Shown: piece after piece, positions 10,612 through 19,463 of the stretch
Layout of the letters: every line of letters begins with the position of its first letter
Position numbering within the stretch: the first letter of the stretch is position 1
Origin: an uncultured Nitrospiraceae bacterium
Lineage (GTDB): Bacteria; Nitrospirota; Thermodesulfovibrionia; Thermodesulfovibrionales; UBA6898
NCBI GenBank assembly: GCA_963811165.1
Contig: CAWEQH010000009.1
Coordinates: 1 to 64,000, forward strand
Direction of reading: 5' to 3'
DNA: 64,000 bases
Notes under the pieces: generated by a model
The model's database searches: none
Told to the model about the DNA's origin: nothing
What the model saw: the letters and a program-made list of their open reading frames with translations, nothing else
Translations under genes and position numbers: made by a program

Positions 10612-11466
10612 CTACCTGATAATCTCCCACATATCCTCGAAGGCTGCAGTCATGACATTCCGGAAGCCGGTGATCGAGCCGCCGAACTCACGCATGAACG
10701 CCTCGGCATCTTCCTTCCTTTCGAAGGCCCATTTGCCTCTTATCGACATGACCCCATGCTTCGAGCCGCCCAGCACCCAGACCGCCTTCTCAGTACCGAC
10801 AAGGTTTCCGCGGTCAAAGATGCCGACCATAATCCGTGCAGGCCCCTTTTCCGGGTGAAGCGCCAGTTCAATCCCTGCGCAGTGGAGACTGCAGAGACCG
10901 ACTTCCGAGCCGTCGCGGTACCTGAGCAGCACCCTGCTGTATGCGTACTGCTTACGGTCCATGCCGCAGTAGGCACATTTGGGGTGGGTGGCGATGTCGT
11001 CGCTCATCTCTTCATGGGTCAGCGGCTGCGCTTTCTGAATTTCGTCGAACATCCCTGAGAAGACCGCAGCCATCGTATCTCTGAAACTTGCGACCCTGCC
11101 GCCATTGGCCGTTGAAAACGCTTCGGCATCCATTTTCTCGAAAAAGGCCTCCCTGCTCCTGTCGCTGAGACCGAGCACCCAGAATGCCTTCTTTGCATCA
11201 AGGAGTTTTCCGCTTCCGTGCTCCCTCACCCAGATCGTCTTTACATCTTTACTGCGGTATGCAGCAAGCATCGCTCCTGCGCAGCGAAGACCGCATGCGG
11301 ACCGTGCTGTCCCATCCCGATATTCGATACGCACCTCCCGTGGTGATCCCGGCGTCACATCATCGCATGTGCGGCATCCCGATGTGTCCGCCTGCGAGTG
11401 CGCACACAGGCCCGTGAGTACGAGCGCCCCCCAAATGAGAACGATGATCTTCAGCGGTTTCTTCAC
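10612..11466 (-). CDS. NosL-family protein with tandem domains
   Basis: Two CxxC...CxxxC units with LLDAKKAFWVLG / TEKAVWVLGGSKHGVM..WAFERKEDAEAF..GG, typical of NosL. Confidence 0.8.
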   Translation of the reverse strand: MKKPLKIIVLIWGALVLTGLCAHSQADTSGCRTCDDVTPGSPREVRIEYRDGTARSACGLRCAGAMLAAYRSKDVKTIWVREHGSGKLLDAKKAFWVLGLSDRSREAFFEKMDAEAFSTANGGRVASFRDTMAAVFSGMFDEIQKAQPLTHEEMSDDIATHPKCAYCGMDRKQYAYSRVLLRYRDGSEVGLCSLHCAGIELALHPEKGPARIMVGIFDRGNLVGTEKAVWVLGGSKHGVMSIRGKWAFERKEDAEAFMREFGGSITGFRNVMTAAFEDMWEIIR

Positions 11467-11567
11467 ATGCTCCCCTCTCTTTTTGCGAGTTTCATCCCTA
11501 GGTTATAGGATAACACCCCAATCGGCGTTCCTCAAGCGGCCGGGAAAGTTTATGAATTTAGTAGCAT

Positions 11568-11676
11568 GTATCTTCTTCGCCCGGCCCACCTCGCCGCTCT
11601 GCAGGCGGACTTTAATGCCGTGCGGATGATTGGGCGACTTGGTGAGGATGTCTTTCACCATTTCTTCCGTGAGCTT
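11568..11676 (-). pseudogene. 5'-truncated duplicate of the YwbE/DUF2196 gene
   Basis: Translates to KLTEEMVKDILTKSPNHPHGIKVRLQSGEVGRAKKI; colinear with 26993-27101. Confidence 0.85.
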
Positions 11677-11745
11677 TTCGCTCAGCTCTTAGTTGACAGA
11701 CCAGCTGTCTTGTGATAAGGATTTAGAAAGAAAGGAGAGAAAGCC

Positions 11746-11916
11746 ATGGACTTGAAATTAACTAACCTGGAGGCGGTTGCGGTGATGAACGCGCTTCAAC
11801 ATTACGACAAAGCCTTAGAAAAAATGGGCGAAGAAAAAGGGGTTTTGATTGAGAAAAAAACTGTCAAGGGTATTATCAGCAGGATAGAGTCTATGCCTGC
11901 GGGCGAAGTCCCGTAG
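11746..11916 (+). CDS. Small 56-aa hypothetical protein (below the ORF-track cutoff)
   Basis: AGGAG RBS, then MDLKLTNLEAVAVMNALQHYDKALEKMGEEKGVLIEKKTVKGIISRIESMPAGEVP*. Confidence 0.6.
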   Translation: MDLKLTNLEAVAVMNALQHYDKALEKMGEEKGVLIEKKTVKGIISRIESMPAGEVP

Positions 11917-11929
11917 ACCGCTTGCGGTC

Positions 11930-12037
11930 ATGGGATGCACTATCGATGAACTTTTAACTACGGCGGATGCATCGATGTATGCCCAAAAAAGGAATAAAAG
12001 AGGTCTCACCCATATTTGACGGCGCCTTTAATTGGTG
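11930..12037 (+). pseudogene. C-terminal remnant of a GGDEF domain
   Basis: TIDELLTTADASMYAQKRNKR resembles the final GGDEF helix (LL..AD..MY..K). Confidence 0.5.
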
Positions 12038-12067
12038 ATGGCCTGTTGAGGTGGGTGAGCTTCGCTA

Positions 12068-12613
12068 TTATTGCCTGGCAATATAAAAGTAATATTTGGC
12101 TTTGTAGGGCACCCGCGTCTCTTTGCCGGCCTGTGCCTGGGTACAACCCTCTGCAGGCGCTTTGCCTCCGACAGTATTGAGACGCTGGATACTCTTCGTC
12201 CGGCTGAAGACGCCATTTCCCGAAGTTGATTTCGCGCTCAGCAGAAGCCATGGTATGGCGTTTGGGTCCGGCCCATTGTCTTTCGCTTTTACCTCGCCGA
12301 CCACTTTGCTTCCATCATTTGCCTCCCAGGTCGGACCTGCGTAATGCCTGGCGATCTTTTTGCCAGCACTATCGAACAGTTCGGCCTCCGGTGCCTTGAA
12401 GACCCACTCGAACTTCGCAGGATCGTCTTTACCTGCCTTGCACTCATAAATTTGCACACCGGTGCCTTGCGTCTCAAGCGATAATACCTGAGTTGCCGAG
12501 ACCTTAAGGGTTTCGGGGACCCCGGGGACTGCCCCCGCATTAGCAGTTGCGCAGCACGCAAAAAGCGCGACGAGTGATACTTTGGCGATTGTCGTTACAT
12601 ATCGTTGTTTCAT
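12068..12613 (-). CDS. DUF3455 exported protein
   Basis: GVQIYEC, APEAELFD, HYAGPTWE..DGS.V.G, AIPWLLL, IQRLNTVGGKAP, VPYKAKYYFY. Confidence 0.9.
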   Translation of the reverse strand: MKQRYVTTIAKVSLVALFACCATANAGAVPGVPETLKVSATQVLSLETQGTGVQIYECKAGKDDPAKFEWVFKAPEAELFDSAGKKIARHYAGPTWEANDGSKVVGEVKAKDNGPDPNAIPWLLLSAKSTSGNGVFSRTKSIQRLNTVGGKAPAEGCTQAQAGKETRVPYKAKYYFYIARQ

Positions 12614-12739
12614 GACTAAAGTCCCTCCATTATTTTTTATGCCGCATGCGTATTTTTATTAAAGTATAGGCGCTGTACATGGATCGGTCAATCAAACTAT
12701 TAGTGTTTTGCAAAACTGATTTGAATGTTGTCCCTGGTG

Positions 12740-12844
12740 GGCTTGGGATTGTGATATTTGATCCGATAGGAAAAAAAAGGCTCCCGAAGGGGCCCGCTCT
12801 TATTATATTTTGATTAAAGGCGTTGCTATAAGTCGCTACGTATC
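12740..12844. repeat. Flank A copy 1 (terminator-like hairpin); paralogous to 19367-19463
   Basis: tgggattgtg...aaaaaggctcccgaaggRgcccg...gctataRgtcgStaMgtatc shared by both copies. Confidence 0.75.
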
Positions 12845-12860
12845 AGTGATTCCAGCTTTG

Positions 12861-13766
12861 CTAATCGATCACCACGCAATTGCGGCCGGATAGTTTACCC
12901 TTATACATCAATTGGTCTGCCTTGTCGATCAATTTTTTGGCGGCATCGCTCTTTTTTGAGATCGTACCCCCGATTGAGACGGTGACATTGACTAATTCCT
13001 GTCCGGCGAAAAAGCTCGATTGCTCGACGAGTTTGCGAAGTTTGTCGGCCAATGTATAAAGCGTATGTGTATCTATATGTGAAATCAATGCAATAAATTC
13101 TTCGCCACCCCATCTGCTTACTGTGTCGGACGACCTGACCCCGTTATATAGTGTCCTGGCTACCATTTGAAGGACCTTGTCGCCGGTCTCGTGGCCATAG
13201 GTGTCATTGATCTTCTTAAAATTATCTATATCCATAAAAAGAACGCCGAAATTCCAGTCGTACCTGCGCATTTCGTCCAGCTTATTATCCATAGTTAGTT
13301 CCGCATATCTCCTGTTGCCCAGCCCGGTGAGCTGGTCGAGCATGGTCAACTTTTGCAATTCTTCGACTTTATGTTCAAGGTCGATTCTAGGGGAATTATC
13401 GCTGAATATTTCTACGGCGCCGATTATGCGTCCCTTTCCATTTTTTATGGGACTTGCACGGACCAGAACAGGCACCCTGTGTCCGTCTTTGTGTCTTAGA
13501 TATACTTCCTGTTCCAGCATTGCGTCTTCTTTCATAGATCTAACGAGCGGACATGGCCCGAGGCAGAGGCTTCCGCCTTCCATATCGACATGCATAAGGA
13601 TATTGTCCCAGCAATGCCTGCCTATAATGTCGGGACCCTTGTATCCGGTGATAGATTCCGCGCTCTTGTTCCAGTAGGTGATCGTTCTATGCGAATCGAC
13701 GAAATAGACACCGTCATAGAGGTTATCAAGAATTGTTTTGTAGAATTTCTCTTTTATGTCAATCAT
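12861..13766 (-). CDS. PAS-GGDEF diguanylate cyclase
   Basis: PAS domain (DGVYFVD..ITYWNKSAE.ITGY), DQLTGLGNRR, DIDNFKKINDTYGHETGD, RWGGEEF. Confidence 0.95.
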   Translation of the reverse strand: MIDIKEKFYKTILDNLYDGVYFVDSHRTITYWNKSAESITGYKGPDIIGRHCWDNILMHVDMEGGSLCLGPCPLVRSMKEDAMLEQEVYLRHKDGHRVPVLVRASPIKNGKGRIIGAVEIFSDNSPRIDLEHKVEELQKLTMLDQLTGLGNRRYAELTMDNKLDEMRRYDWNFGVLFMDIDNFKKINDTYGHETGDKVLQMVARTLYNGVRSSDTVSRWGGEEFIALISHIDTHTLYTLADKLRKLVEQSSFFAGQELVNVTVSIGGTISKKSDAAKKLIDKADQLMYKGKLSGRNCVVID

Positions 13767-13848
13767 CTTGTCCCTTCCAGGCCTCTGTTAAATCCTACTA
13801 TATTTCCTGCTCAAATATCGAAAAATCCTCTGATCGGAGAAAAAAAAT

Positions 13849-13953
13849 GACCGGGAAAAACCGTTTTTTTTCTTGACACTGATTGGGAGGCAGGGTATAA
13901 AATAGCGTCTAACCGGCGGGGAGAATGGTAATAATAAGAAGGGGGGAATTCAT
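13849..13953 (+). promoter_or_regulatory. Flank B copy 1, containing a sigma70 promoter; paralogous to 20173-20275
   Basis: TTGACA (13873) - 17 bp - TATAAA (13896). Confidence 0.75.
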
Positions 13954-14037
13954 ACCTGCATATTCTTCATCCGAGACTTTTCATTCCATGACAGCCCTCG
14001 CTTGCAATAATAGACCGGACCTTTTCGAGGTGATCAC

Positions 14038-14664
14038 ATGACTGATGAGAAGAGAAATAGAGAGGAATATGTAATGGTAGTTCCTGCGGCAGATCTGTGG
14101 CGTGCGGGGTACTTTGAAGGCTTATGCTTCGATTTGCCAAAGTATTTAACGATAATAGAAGGGCAGCAGCATATTGAGTTCAAACCGCGGGAGGAGATGG
14201 AGATTAATCCGGATTACAAGCAGATAATTCCGTATGTGATTCTTTCCCATAAGGGGACCATCTTTTCCTATCGTCGCGGCAAATTAATGGGAGAAACGCG
14301 ACTGCTGGGTAATTATTCAATAGGTGTCGGCTGGCATATTTCCGCATCTGACAGGAATTTGTTTGACCACACATACAAGGAAGCTATGCGCCGCGAACTC
14401 AATGAAGAGGTGGAAATAGCATCGCCTTATAAAGAGTATGCTGCTGCACTCATCAATGATGACAGTAACGAAGTGGGGCGCGTCCATTTTGGTATGGTGC
14501 ATATTTTGTGTTTGGATAAGCCCATCGTAAAACCCAGAGAGAAATCGATGAATGAACCGGCCTTCGTTGACCAAACAGCCTTATTAAAAGATATTGATAA
14601 ATATGAAAATTGGTCGCAAATCTGTATTCGAAATATAGAACGGATACTGGATCTTACAAAATAG
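14038..14664 (+). CDS. NUDIX-like phosphoesterase (COG4112 type)
   Basis: E.NPDYKQIIPY, E.RL...SIGVGxHI, RELNEEV, INDDSNEVGRVHFG, ENWSQI. Confidence 0.85.
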   Translation: MTDEKRNREEYVMVVPAADLWRAGYFEGLCFDLPKYLTIIEGQQHIEFKPREEMEINPDYKQIIPYVILSHKGTIFSYRRGKLMGETRLLGNYSIGVGWHISASDRNLFDHTYKEAMRRELNEEVEIASPYKEYAAALINDDSNEVGRVHFGMVHILCLDKPIVKPREKSMNEPAFVDQTALLKDIDKYENWSQICIRNIERILDLTK

Positions 14665-14999
14665 CATAGCGCCGTATGCGATGGTTGTGGCGCCAAGATT
14701 TGGGGAGTCCTTTTTCACCCGATCTTGACAGCTCACATCGAAACGGAGCCGCCGTCAACTCCCTGAACCGGAAAAGTGACCGTCTCATCTCCGACCCTCT
14801 ATCGAAAATGGTTCATGGCTGTCCATTCTCATTGTAGCAGAGTAAGTGGCTATGACCTCCTGAGCTTAGTAAGACCTTAGACCCGTAGGAACCCTTTGTT
14901 CGGAGTCCGTGAAAATGAACTACCCCGCAGCAGAGCTGCGAGGTATCTATTGTTGTCATTCCGGCTGATATGTATTAAACCTGTCAAGTGGGCTAATTT

Positions 15000-15337
15000 C
15001 TCTTTAGGTATTTTTTATTTCTTTCAGTGTTAAAGCCGTGGACTCTGGTCAGGGCACAAGAACTTAGACGACGGTAGATCATTCTGATATACGCGGGTTG
15101 GGTACCGCATGACTTGTCTTCGTCGTGGAGCTGCCTCTGTCTTGTATCGAGGGTCATCCATTTTGCAGGAGCCTCAAGCCGGAAACGAGGATTCTCCATA
15201 CCTGTTCTTCGAACCCTGGCCGAAATACACGGCGCATTATAATAAATCTGTTGTCTGTAGGGGCGGAGAAACACTGCTCCAGTTTCGAAGCCCCGGAAGA
15301 CAATTTCCTTTGTTCTTTCTTTCGTCATCAGTTCCTT
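15000..15337 (-). ncRNA. Putative bridge/seek RNA of the IS110 element (boundaries approximate)
   Basis: Structured non-coding end downstream of the transposase; contains a 10-nt target match (15175-84) and an 8-nt donor-junction match (15083-90). Confidence 0.7.
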
Positions 15338-16468
15338 TTATCCGTTCATCACAACACTGATATTGCCTTTTCCCATAACTTCATGTGCAATGGCCCAGAT
15401 AAAGCCGACCAATTCCCGAGCCACGGCTATACAGCTTTTAACGGGTAGCTTCCCTTTGTTGATCAAATACCAGTACCGGCTGCACAGTCTCTTCTGGGCC
15501 TTCCATGCGATCTCCTGTACAGCTTTGCTGGTCTTCTCAGCCTTTCGCCTCAAGTGAGCAGTTTTGCGCGCTGGCAAGCGATAGCACCAGGAAGCTTCTA
15601 CCATCACTCGTCTTACGTGGCTGTTGCCGGTCTTTGTAATCCCGCCCCTCTTCTGCCGTTCTCCACTTGAATGTTCCGATGGCACCAGTCCCAAGTGTGC
15701 CATTAGCTGCCTGGGAGATTCAAACCTGGTGATATCTCCAAGTTCTGCTACTATCGTAATCGCAGCTACCAGATCCATTCCGCGCAAGGCCATCAATCCT
15801 TCAACTACAGGCTTGAGTATCCAATCTTCCAAGGCCTTTCTTATTTCTTCCTCCATTGATGCTGTCCGCTCCTGTGTATGCTTAACCATATCTATATATT
15901 CCTGCAATACAATCTGCTGGGCTGCCGTTTCAAACCGGAGAGTCTCAAGCCACCTAAAATAGGTCTTCGTCCATTTGCTCTTGCCAGGATAGATTTTCCC
16001 ATGTCTCAATAAAAACCCTCCCAGCCGTTGCCGACTATGCCGTTCCATTCCTTTCATGTCCTCCCGCGCCCGGGTCAGATCCCTCATCGCTTCCTGTTCT
16101 TTATCAGGCACCCAGATTGATGTTAGTTCTCCAGCTCTCAGCAGCCTTGCAAGACTCACTGCGTCCCTCCGGTCCGTCTTCACCCTGTCTCCAGCTTTCT
16201 TCGGTATCAGTGACGGAGCTATCACCACACAGTCATACCCAGCCTTCGTCAGTTGCCGATAAATTTCATATCCGCATGGCCCGGCCTCGTAACAGAACAA
16301 TACCTGATCTCCAACTTTACTTAATTTCTTCGCCAGCTTCAGGCAGGCATAGGGTGTATTCTCTATCGTGCCGTAATAACCTGCCTCTCCTCTGTCGCCC
16401 TTCGCTATGCCTACCGAAATCTCTGCCTTGTGTACATCCAGCCCTGCAAATTTGCTATAATTCTTCAT
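15338..16468 (-). CDS. IS110-family DEDD transposase/recombinase
   Basis: GLDVHK, YEAGP, KTDRRDA (RuvC-like DEDD) and GLVPSEHSSG...GITKTGN (catalytic Ser domain). Confidence 0.97.
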   Translation of the reverse strand: MKNYSKFAGLDVHKAEISVGIAKGDRGEAGYYGTIENTPYACLKLAKKLSKVGDQVLFCYEAGPCGYEIYRQLTKAGYDCVVIAPSLIPKKAGDRVKTDRRDAVSLARLLRAGELTSIWVPDKEQEAMRDLTRAREDMKGMERHSRQRLGGFLLRHGKIYPGKSKWTKTYFRWLETLRFETAAQQIVLQEYIDMVKHTQERTASMEEEIRKALEDWILKPVVEGLMALRGMDLVAAITIVAELGDITRFESPRQLMAHLGLVPSEHSSGERQKRGGITKTGNSHVRRVMVEASWCYRLPARKTAHLRRKAEKTSKAVQEIAWKAQKRLCSRYWYLINKGKLPVKSCIAVARELVGFIWAIAHEVMGKGNISVVMNG

Positions 16469-17023
16469 GACCTGTCCTCCTTAATGTGGCTCTGAGCCTT
16501 TGGTTTTTCTACCTTTAGCTTAACCCACGTCCTTAAGGATGGACAGGTTTTATACATTATGTCTTGTCCGACAACCCCTCCCAGCCTCCCCTTGTCAGGG
16601 GAGGGAAATTATTCTCGTCCCCCTGATAAGGGGGATAGAGGGGGTTGAAGGATTCCCGGCGCGCTTTGCTTGCGGGAATGACAAACAATAACCCCGATGC
16701 AGAGCATCGAGGAATTCTTTTGATTAAAAATATTTCATCTCCGGCAGAACAGTCCTTCGTTAGTAACAGTGAGTTCTGTAGGATAGAAGCTGACTTTACA
16801 ATTAGATTTAGTCTGACAGATTTTCTTTTTTTTTCTGATATAAGGAATCTATAGAATTGCCGTCACTGGAAAGGAGGTGCTGTTTTCTCCGGTGCTTGGC
16901 GATCTCAATCGCAACGGGAGGTCGCCCAAAGAATACCCTGGCTCCTCGAAGGACAGAAACTCAAGCTTTCGAGGGTGAATTTTAGTGAAGCGGTCTGGTT
17001 CTTATCTGTAGGAGGTATTTGAA

Positions 17024-18301
17024 ATGAAAGATATACTTTTCAAGGGCAGTATGATTGCCGGAACCATCGGTCGTTACATTATGGCCAAAGCAGTCGCATT
17101 TATGTTCGTGGCCATTTATCTGGCGCTTGCTGTCGGCGTGGCGACCGCCACTTCCCTTACAGTGGGGAAGATGTATGTAGTAAATGCTACCTTTAACACG
17201 GTCATCGAGGCGAACCTGGACGGCACGGGAGGAGTGAGCCTCGGCAACCTCAACGGTCTGACTATCGGCGGCGTATCCGATATAGCGTTGGACAAACTCC
17301 ACGGCAAGATGTATGTAACGCCGTATTTCAACTTGGTCCAGGCGAATCTGAACGGCACGGGAGCAGTAGACTTCGGCGATCTCAACGGCCTTTATAAGGG
17401 AGGAAACGGGATAGCGCTGGACATAGCTGACGGCAAGATGTATATAGTCACCAATAATACCGTGGTCCAGGCGAATCTGGACGGCACGGGAGCAGTGAGC
17501 CTCGGCAACCTCAACGGCACGCTTAATGATCCGGCCAAGATAGCGTTGGACCTCGCTGGCGGGAAGATGTATGTAGTAAATGCCGGCAATAACACAGTGA
17601 GTCAGTCGAATCTGGACGGTACGGGAGGAGTAAACCTCGGCACCCTCAACGACACACTCGACGGGCCGATTGGGATAGCCTTGGACACCGCTCACGGGAA
17701 GATGTATGTAACCAATAGTTTCAATAACACAGTGAGTCAGGCAAATCTGGACGGCACGGGAGGGGTAAACCTCGGCACCCTCAACGACACGCTCGGCTGG
17801 CCGTTCGCGATAGCCCTGGACCCGCTTGGCGGTAAGATGTATGTAGTGAATTCCACTGCTGACACGGTGAGCCAGGCAAATCTGGATGGCACAGGAGGAG
17901 TAAGTCTTGGCAACCTCAACGGCACGCTCAACGGCGCAAACGGGCCATCTGCTATAGCACTTAATTTTGAGACTCTGCCACCTTCGGTTTTGAATAATCT
18001 CTCTTTGTACGTGCAGATACTGTTCGGGGTCGGGAATGACGGCGGCGGCATAGGCATCCTGCCGGGCGGGGGGATAATACACATTCCGCCCAGCGGCCCT
18101 CCGGACCCGATCTTCCTGACGCTTCGTAATAACATGCCGCAGGTGCTCCGGGCGGTGGAGCTTTACGAAAACGGCCTGGCTGTTCCCGGCACTGCAACGA
18201 GCAGCACGATGCAAAGAGAAAAAAGAGAGGCTTTGCTTATGGCGATAGATGCGCTATTGAAGATGCAGGTGTCATTGGGAAAAGCGCTTATCGGCAGATA
18301 A
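17024..18301 (+). CDS. Exported YWTD/LDL-receptor-class-B-like beta-propeller repeat protein
   Basis: AGGAGG RBS, hydrophobic N-terminus, six repeats of GKMYV.N..NTV.QANLDGTGGVSLGNLNG.L..P..IALD. Confidence 0.85.
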   Translation: MKDILFKGSMIAGTIGRYIMAKAVAFMFVAIYLALAVGVATATSLTVGKMYVVNATFNTVIEANLDGTGGVSLGNLNGLTIGGVSDIALDKLHGKMYVTPYFNLVQANLNGTGAVDFGDLNGLYKGGNGIALDIADGKMYIVTNNTVVQANLDGTGAVSLGNLNGTLNDPAKIALDLAGGKMYVVNAGNNTVSQSNLDGTGGVNLGTLNDTLDGPIGIALDTAHGKMYVTNSFNNTVSQANLDGTGGVNLGTLNDTLGWPFAIALDPLGGKMYVVNSTADTVSQANLDGTGGVSLGNLNGTLNGANGPSAIALNFETLPPSVLNNLSLYVQILFGVGNDGGGIGILPGGGIIHIPPSGPPDPIFLTLRNNMPQVLRAVELYENGLAVPGTATSSTMQREKREALLMAIDALLKMQVSLGKALIGR

Positions 18302-18344
18302 GGGGGCAAGACCGATGCATGCTCAATGCACGAACATCTGAAAT

Positions 18345-18379
18345 TAAAAAGGGCGGGACTGTGTGTCTCGCCCTTTTGG
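18345..18379 (+). terminator. Terminator hairpin after the propeller gene
   Basis: aaaagggcggga...tctcgccctttt. Confidence 0.6.
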
Positions 18380-18804
18380 TAGGCACAAAAAATACAAGAG
18401 GAGCTTTGCGCGCGGCAAGAGATGCCATGAAGAACATGTAGCAGACGTTGCAGAAAATTCATTAGTGCCTACTTTGCGGAGGTTTTGAAACATGGGACGC
18501 GGCAAAAATGGCCGCGTCCCTTTGTCGTCGGCGATCGTGGGCTTAATCTCACATCTTCACTTGTGCTGAATGGACAATGGTGTCTTTTCCCAACTCGTGT
18601 TTTGATTCCCTTCCCTCGTTTGCAATAACAGAACAAGCTGCCTTTTTCTGACAGAAGGTCGGAACAAATAAAAGTGAGAAGCGCGGAAGAGAGATGAAAT
18701 TGACTGTTACTTCATGAATCAGATATGCATACATATGATTGCAATATGCTATGCAGATGGCTATAATACAAACAGAGATTAAAACAAGATTCGGAGGTGC
18801 TGAA

Positions 18805-19023
18805 ATGGCCACAGCCGTAAGAATATCAGAAAAATTAGTCAATGAGGCGAAGAAATTTAGCCGCGTCGACCATCGCTCTATAACGGGTCAAATAGAGCAC
18901 TGGGCGCAAATCGGCAAATGCGCTGAAGAGAATCCTGATTTAACGTATAGTCTTATCAAAGAAATGCTTATGGGCCTGGAAGAACTGGAACAAGGCCAGA
19001 GATCAGAATACAAGTTCGGCTGA
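18805..19023 (+). CDS. ParD-like type II antitoxin
   Basis: MATAVRISEKLVNEAK....HRSITGQIEHWAQIGKCAEENPDL; GGAGG RBS. Confidence 0.9.
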   Translation: MATAVRISEKLVNEAKKFSRVDHRSITGQIEHWAQIGKCAEENPDLTYSLIKEMLMGLEELEQGQRSEYKFG

Positions 19024-19030
19024 TTACCGG

Positions 19031-19312
19031 ATGAAGATCTATCAATCGAGGACATTTGAAAACAAGATAAAAAAGTTTTCGCTGCAAGAAAAGGAAATAT
19101 TGGATGAGGAAATCAAAAAGATAGCGAAGAACCCTCTGGCCGGAGAAGAAAAAAAAGGTGACCTGAAATGTGTTTACGTGTACAAGTTCAAAATCAAGTC
19201 AATTCAGTATCTCCTTTCGTATAGAATGATTAAAGCCGGCCTGGAGTTAATCATGATCGGCCCGCACGAAAATTATTATCGTGACCTCAAAGGCTATTTA
19301 AAACGGAGATGA
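19031..19312 (+). CDS. RelE/ParE-family type II toxin
   Basis: NPLAGEEKKGDL..VYVYKFK...YLLSY...IGPHENYYRDLK; directly downstream of the antitoxin. Confidence 0.9.
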   Translation: MKIYQSRTFENKIKKFSLQEKEILDEEIKKIAKNPLAGEEKKGDLKCVYVYKFKIKSIQYLLSYRMIKAGLELIMIGPHENYYRDLKGYLKRR

Positions 19313-19366
19313 CAAAAAGGGTAACACATAAATCGAGGCGACCGGAAAAAGCCAGTGGCGGGGCAG

Positions 19367-19463
19367 GCCTGGGATTGTGGCATATGGTCCAGCAGGGAAA
19401 AAGGCTCCCGAAGGAGCCCGTTTTTTTTATTTAGGATACAAGCGCTATAGGTCGGTAAGTATC
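19367..19463. repeat. Flank A copy 2
   Basis: Aligns by eye to 12740-12844. Confidence 0.75.

Larger units (their letters stand above)
14967..16562 (-). mobile_element. Complete IS110-family element (IS1111 type: sub-terminal IRs, long 3' non-coding end)
   Basis: CT core on both sides (14965-66, 16563-64). Sub-terminal IRs atgtattaaacctgtc (14970-85) and gacaggttttatacat (16542-57) match at 15/16. Removing the element restores gtcattccggCTtgtccg. Confidence 0.9.
14915..16728. repeat. Composite palindromic repeat (IS200/IS605-end-like outer hairpins with REP-like inner units), interrupted by the IS110 element
   Basis: Outer hairpins accccgcagcagagctgcgagg (14922) and accccgatgcagagcatcgagg (16691); inner gtcattccgg...cgggaatgac pair; a C/G-rich unit at 16572-16647. 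Confidence 0.7.

Noticed and set aside
14840..14910. GGGTCTAAG motif on the minus strand, reminiscent of the c-di-GMP-I riboswitch
   Set aside because: The first hairpin with the GGCAAA/GAAA elements is not visible and there is no clear downstream gene; a covariance search would be needed.
14993..15328. 111-aa ORF downstream of the transposase
   Set aside because: It lies in the IS non-coding end carrying the guide-like matches and has no recognisable protein motif.
17160..17960. Regular ~126-bp DNA repeats resembling a CRISPR or tandem array
   Set aside because: They are in-frame coding repeats of the beta-propeller; there are no unique spacers and no cas genes.
16982..18214. Long antisense ORFs (also 28835-29722, 37778-38755, 55508-56428, 60047-61240)
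   Set aside because: Shadows of well-supported genes on the opposite strand.
19318..19365. attC-like start (..taac...atcgaggcgacc) after the toxin gene
   Set aside because: No matching GTTRRRY arm and no integron integrase in the window; at most a remnant.
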